Assembly (NCBI GenBank): GCA_013239625.1
Contig: MU053754.1
Span: forward strand, 1,593,966-1,657,965
Length of the DNA stretch: 64,000 bases
Direction of reading: 5' to 3'
Origin: Lama guanicoe
Taxonomy: Eukaryota
Part shown: piece by piece, positions 62,669 to 64,000 of the stretch
How positions within the stretch are numbered: position 1 is the first letter of the stretch
How the letters are laid out: the number at the start of each line of letters is the position of its first letter
Made by a program: the position numbers and the translations under genes
The notes under the pieces: model-generated
The model's database searches: none
Told to the model about the DNA's origin: nothing
What the model saw: the letters and a program-made list of their open reading frames with translations, nothing else

Positions 62669-62969
62669 CCATATGAATGGAATCATGCATGTGGTTTCTC
62701 GGTGTGGCCTGCCCTCACTTCCTGACTGGGTGACACCCCTCCCTCACCCTCTTCCTTTTTTCCCCTCTCTTGGGGTCTCATCAACTTTCTTCTTTGGAAG
62801 AGCTCTGGTTCCTGGCCACTACTGTCAGCCAGTCTCAGTGGTCATTCATACTCTGGGGCAGCTGTAGAAAACACCTGAAATATTGTTGAGGCAGAACTAA
62901 GATGATAATTTGATTTTTAAGATGTAAGGTTATATGTGACCTGAACCTAGTGGCTCAGAAATATGTTGC

Positions 62970-63116
62970 CATGTATAACTGAAGCATTATGCTGTTCACC
63001 AGAAATTGACACAACATTGTAAACTGACTGCTGCAATTAAAAAAAAAAACAATAAAACATGACCAAAATAGTTCAATGCAGGAATGCAAAGGTAATGAAA
63101 TATCAGGAAACCTAGT
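62970..63116 (+). repeat. Dispersed direct duplicate of 62184-62327
   Basis: Aligned by eye: 7 substitutions plus an A-run length difference (8 vs 11) over about 144 bp. Confidence 0.92.
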
Positions 63117-63332
63117 GAAAGCATTTCCCTACCACTTTCATTTTTCAGCTTTGAAGATTATTTATTTCTAGTTCTCTTTATAAATGGCTTAGTGTTTTCA
63201 TCCCCAATATTTTAGATTATATTCAAGGCATAAACATTTTCATGCAATTTACTGTTGCAAATAAAAAAGATATTCTGCTTTGTAATCTATGTGTATGTAT
63301 CCGATAAATTCAAAGCAATTCTCCAATCCTGA

Positions 63333-63688
63333 TGTAGCAGTTGGAGTTCAACCAGAGAAACAGAACCAGTGGAAGACACATGCTAAGAGATCTGCTGCAA
63401 GGATTGGCTTATGCCACTGAAGGGGCGGGCGAGGCAAGCCTGAAATTTGTAGGGCATGCAATTAGGAAGGGCAGCCTAGAGTTTTCTTGGGAACGGACTG
63501 AGACTGCTGTCCCCAAAGGAATTTTCTTCTTTTACATAGAAACTTCAGCCCACCTCAGAAGGCCTTGTACCTGATCACATGAAGTGCACCCAGACTATCC
63601 AGGATAATCTCCCTTGTTTAAAGTCAAGTGATTATGGATCTTAATCACATATGTAAAATACCTCCACAGGAAGACCTCGATTAGTGTT
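63333..63688 (-). mobile_element. ERVL LTR (MLT2-like)
   Basis: GTTCAACCAGAGAAACAGAACCAGTGG...AAGGATTGGCTTATGC...GGCAAGCCTGAAATTTGTAGGGCA...CCAGGATAATCTCCCTTGTTTAAAGTCAAGTGATTATGGATCTTAATCACAT. Confidence 0.8.
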
Positions 63689-64000
63689 ACTGGTGGGTTA
63701 AATTGTGTCTCCTCCAAAAAAGATATGTTCAAATCCTAATCCCAGGTACCTGTGAAAGTGATCTTATCTGGAAATAGGGTCTTTGCAGATGGAATCAAGT
63801 TAAGACGAGGTCATACTGGATTAGGGTAGGTCCTAAATCCAATGACTGATGTTCTTATAAGAGAAAGAAGAAGGAGATTTGGATGCAGAACACAGACACA
63901 GGCTGTGTGAAGATGGAGGCAGACTGGAGTAACGCAGCTCCAAGCTAAAGGATCACTGAGGATCATCAGCTGCTGCCACCAATACCTGAAAGAGACAAGG
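63689..64000 (+). mobile_element. MaLR LTR (MLT1C-like), runs off the window end
   Basis: GGGTTAAATTGTGTCTCCTCCAAAAAAGATATGTTCAAATCCTAATCCCAGGTACCTGTGAA...GGAAATAGGGTCTTTGCAGATG...AGGTCATACTGGATTAGGGTAGGTCCTAAATCCAATGACTG. Confidence 0.85.

Larger units (their letters stand above)
61295..62720 (-). mobile_element. L1MB-like 3' end split into three pieces (61295-61455, 61575-61675, 62674-62720) by nested insertions
   Basis: ACAGCTTTATTGAGGTATCATTCAC...AGTTGTGCAACCA...AAACTCTG | TGCCCCTTAGCAGTCACTCC...GGCAACCACTAATCTGCTTTCTGTC...GGACAGTCCATA | TGAATGGAATCATGCA reads as one continuous L1MB sequence once the inserts are removed. Confidence 0.85.

Noticed and set aside
1..64000. Protein-coding genes from the ORF track, or a novel multi-gene system
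   Set aside because: The ORFs are short, overlap on both strands, often start at non-ATG codons, frequently lie within repeats, and show no recognisable domain. I found no consistent exon chain. This is typical of non-coding mammalian DNA.
1..64000. Assigning the locus to a named gene neighbourhood
   Set aside because: No exon or RNA gene anchors it. This needs a BLAT/synteny search that I cannot run.

Overview
Mammalian, apparently intergenic or deep-intronic DNA. No protein-coding gene is recognisable, and none of the supplied ORFs looks like a real gene. The source is most likely a camelid (camel/llama/alpaca). Five tRNA-derived SINEs have the Vic-1-type head (GGGGAGGGTATAGCTCAGTGGTAGAGC...GGTCCTGGGTTCAATCCCCAGTACCTCC), four also have the AAACCTAATTACCTCCCC-type tail, and I saw no Alu, Bov-tA, PRE1 or SINEC. 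Much of the window is old eutherian repeat: MaLR/ERVL solo LTRs, L1M 3' ends, L2, MIR, and hAT/Tigger MITEs including about 6 MER20. There is one CpG island (about 4.37-5.07 kb) with no visible downstream exon. The best-supported unusual structures are retrotransposition and repair footprints: a TSD-resolved nested stack at 61.3-62.7 kb, an L1 with a 3' transduction, a second local copy of that L1/transduction junction 786 bp away, a SINE with a 3' extension, a 52-bp micro-L1 insertion, and a 35-bp minisatellite inside an LTR. Several candidate regulatory motif clusters are also noted. I found no evidence for a novel multi-gene system. Repeat subfamily names come from recalled consensus sequences, not a database search, and boundaries without TSDs are approximate.
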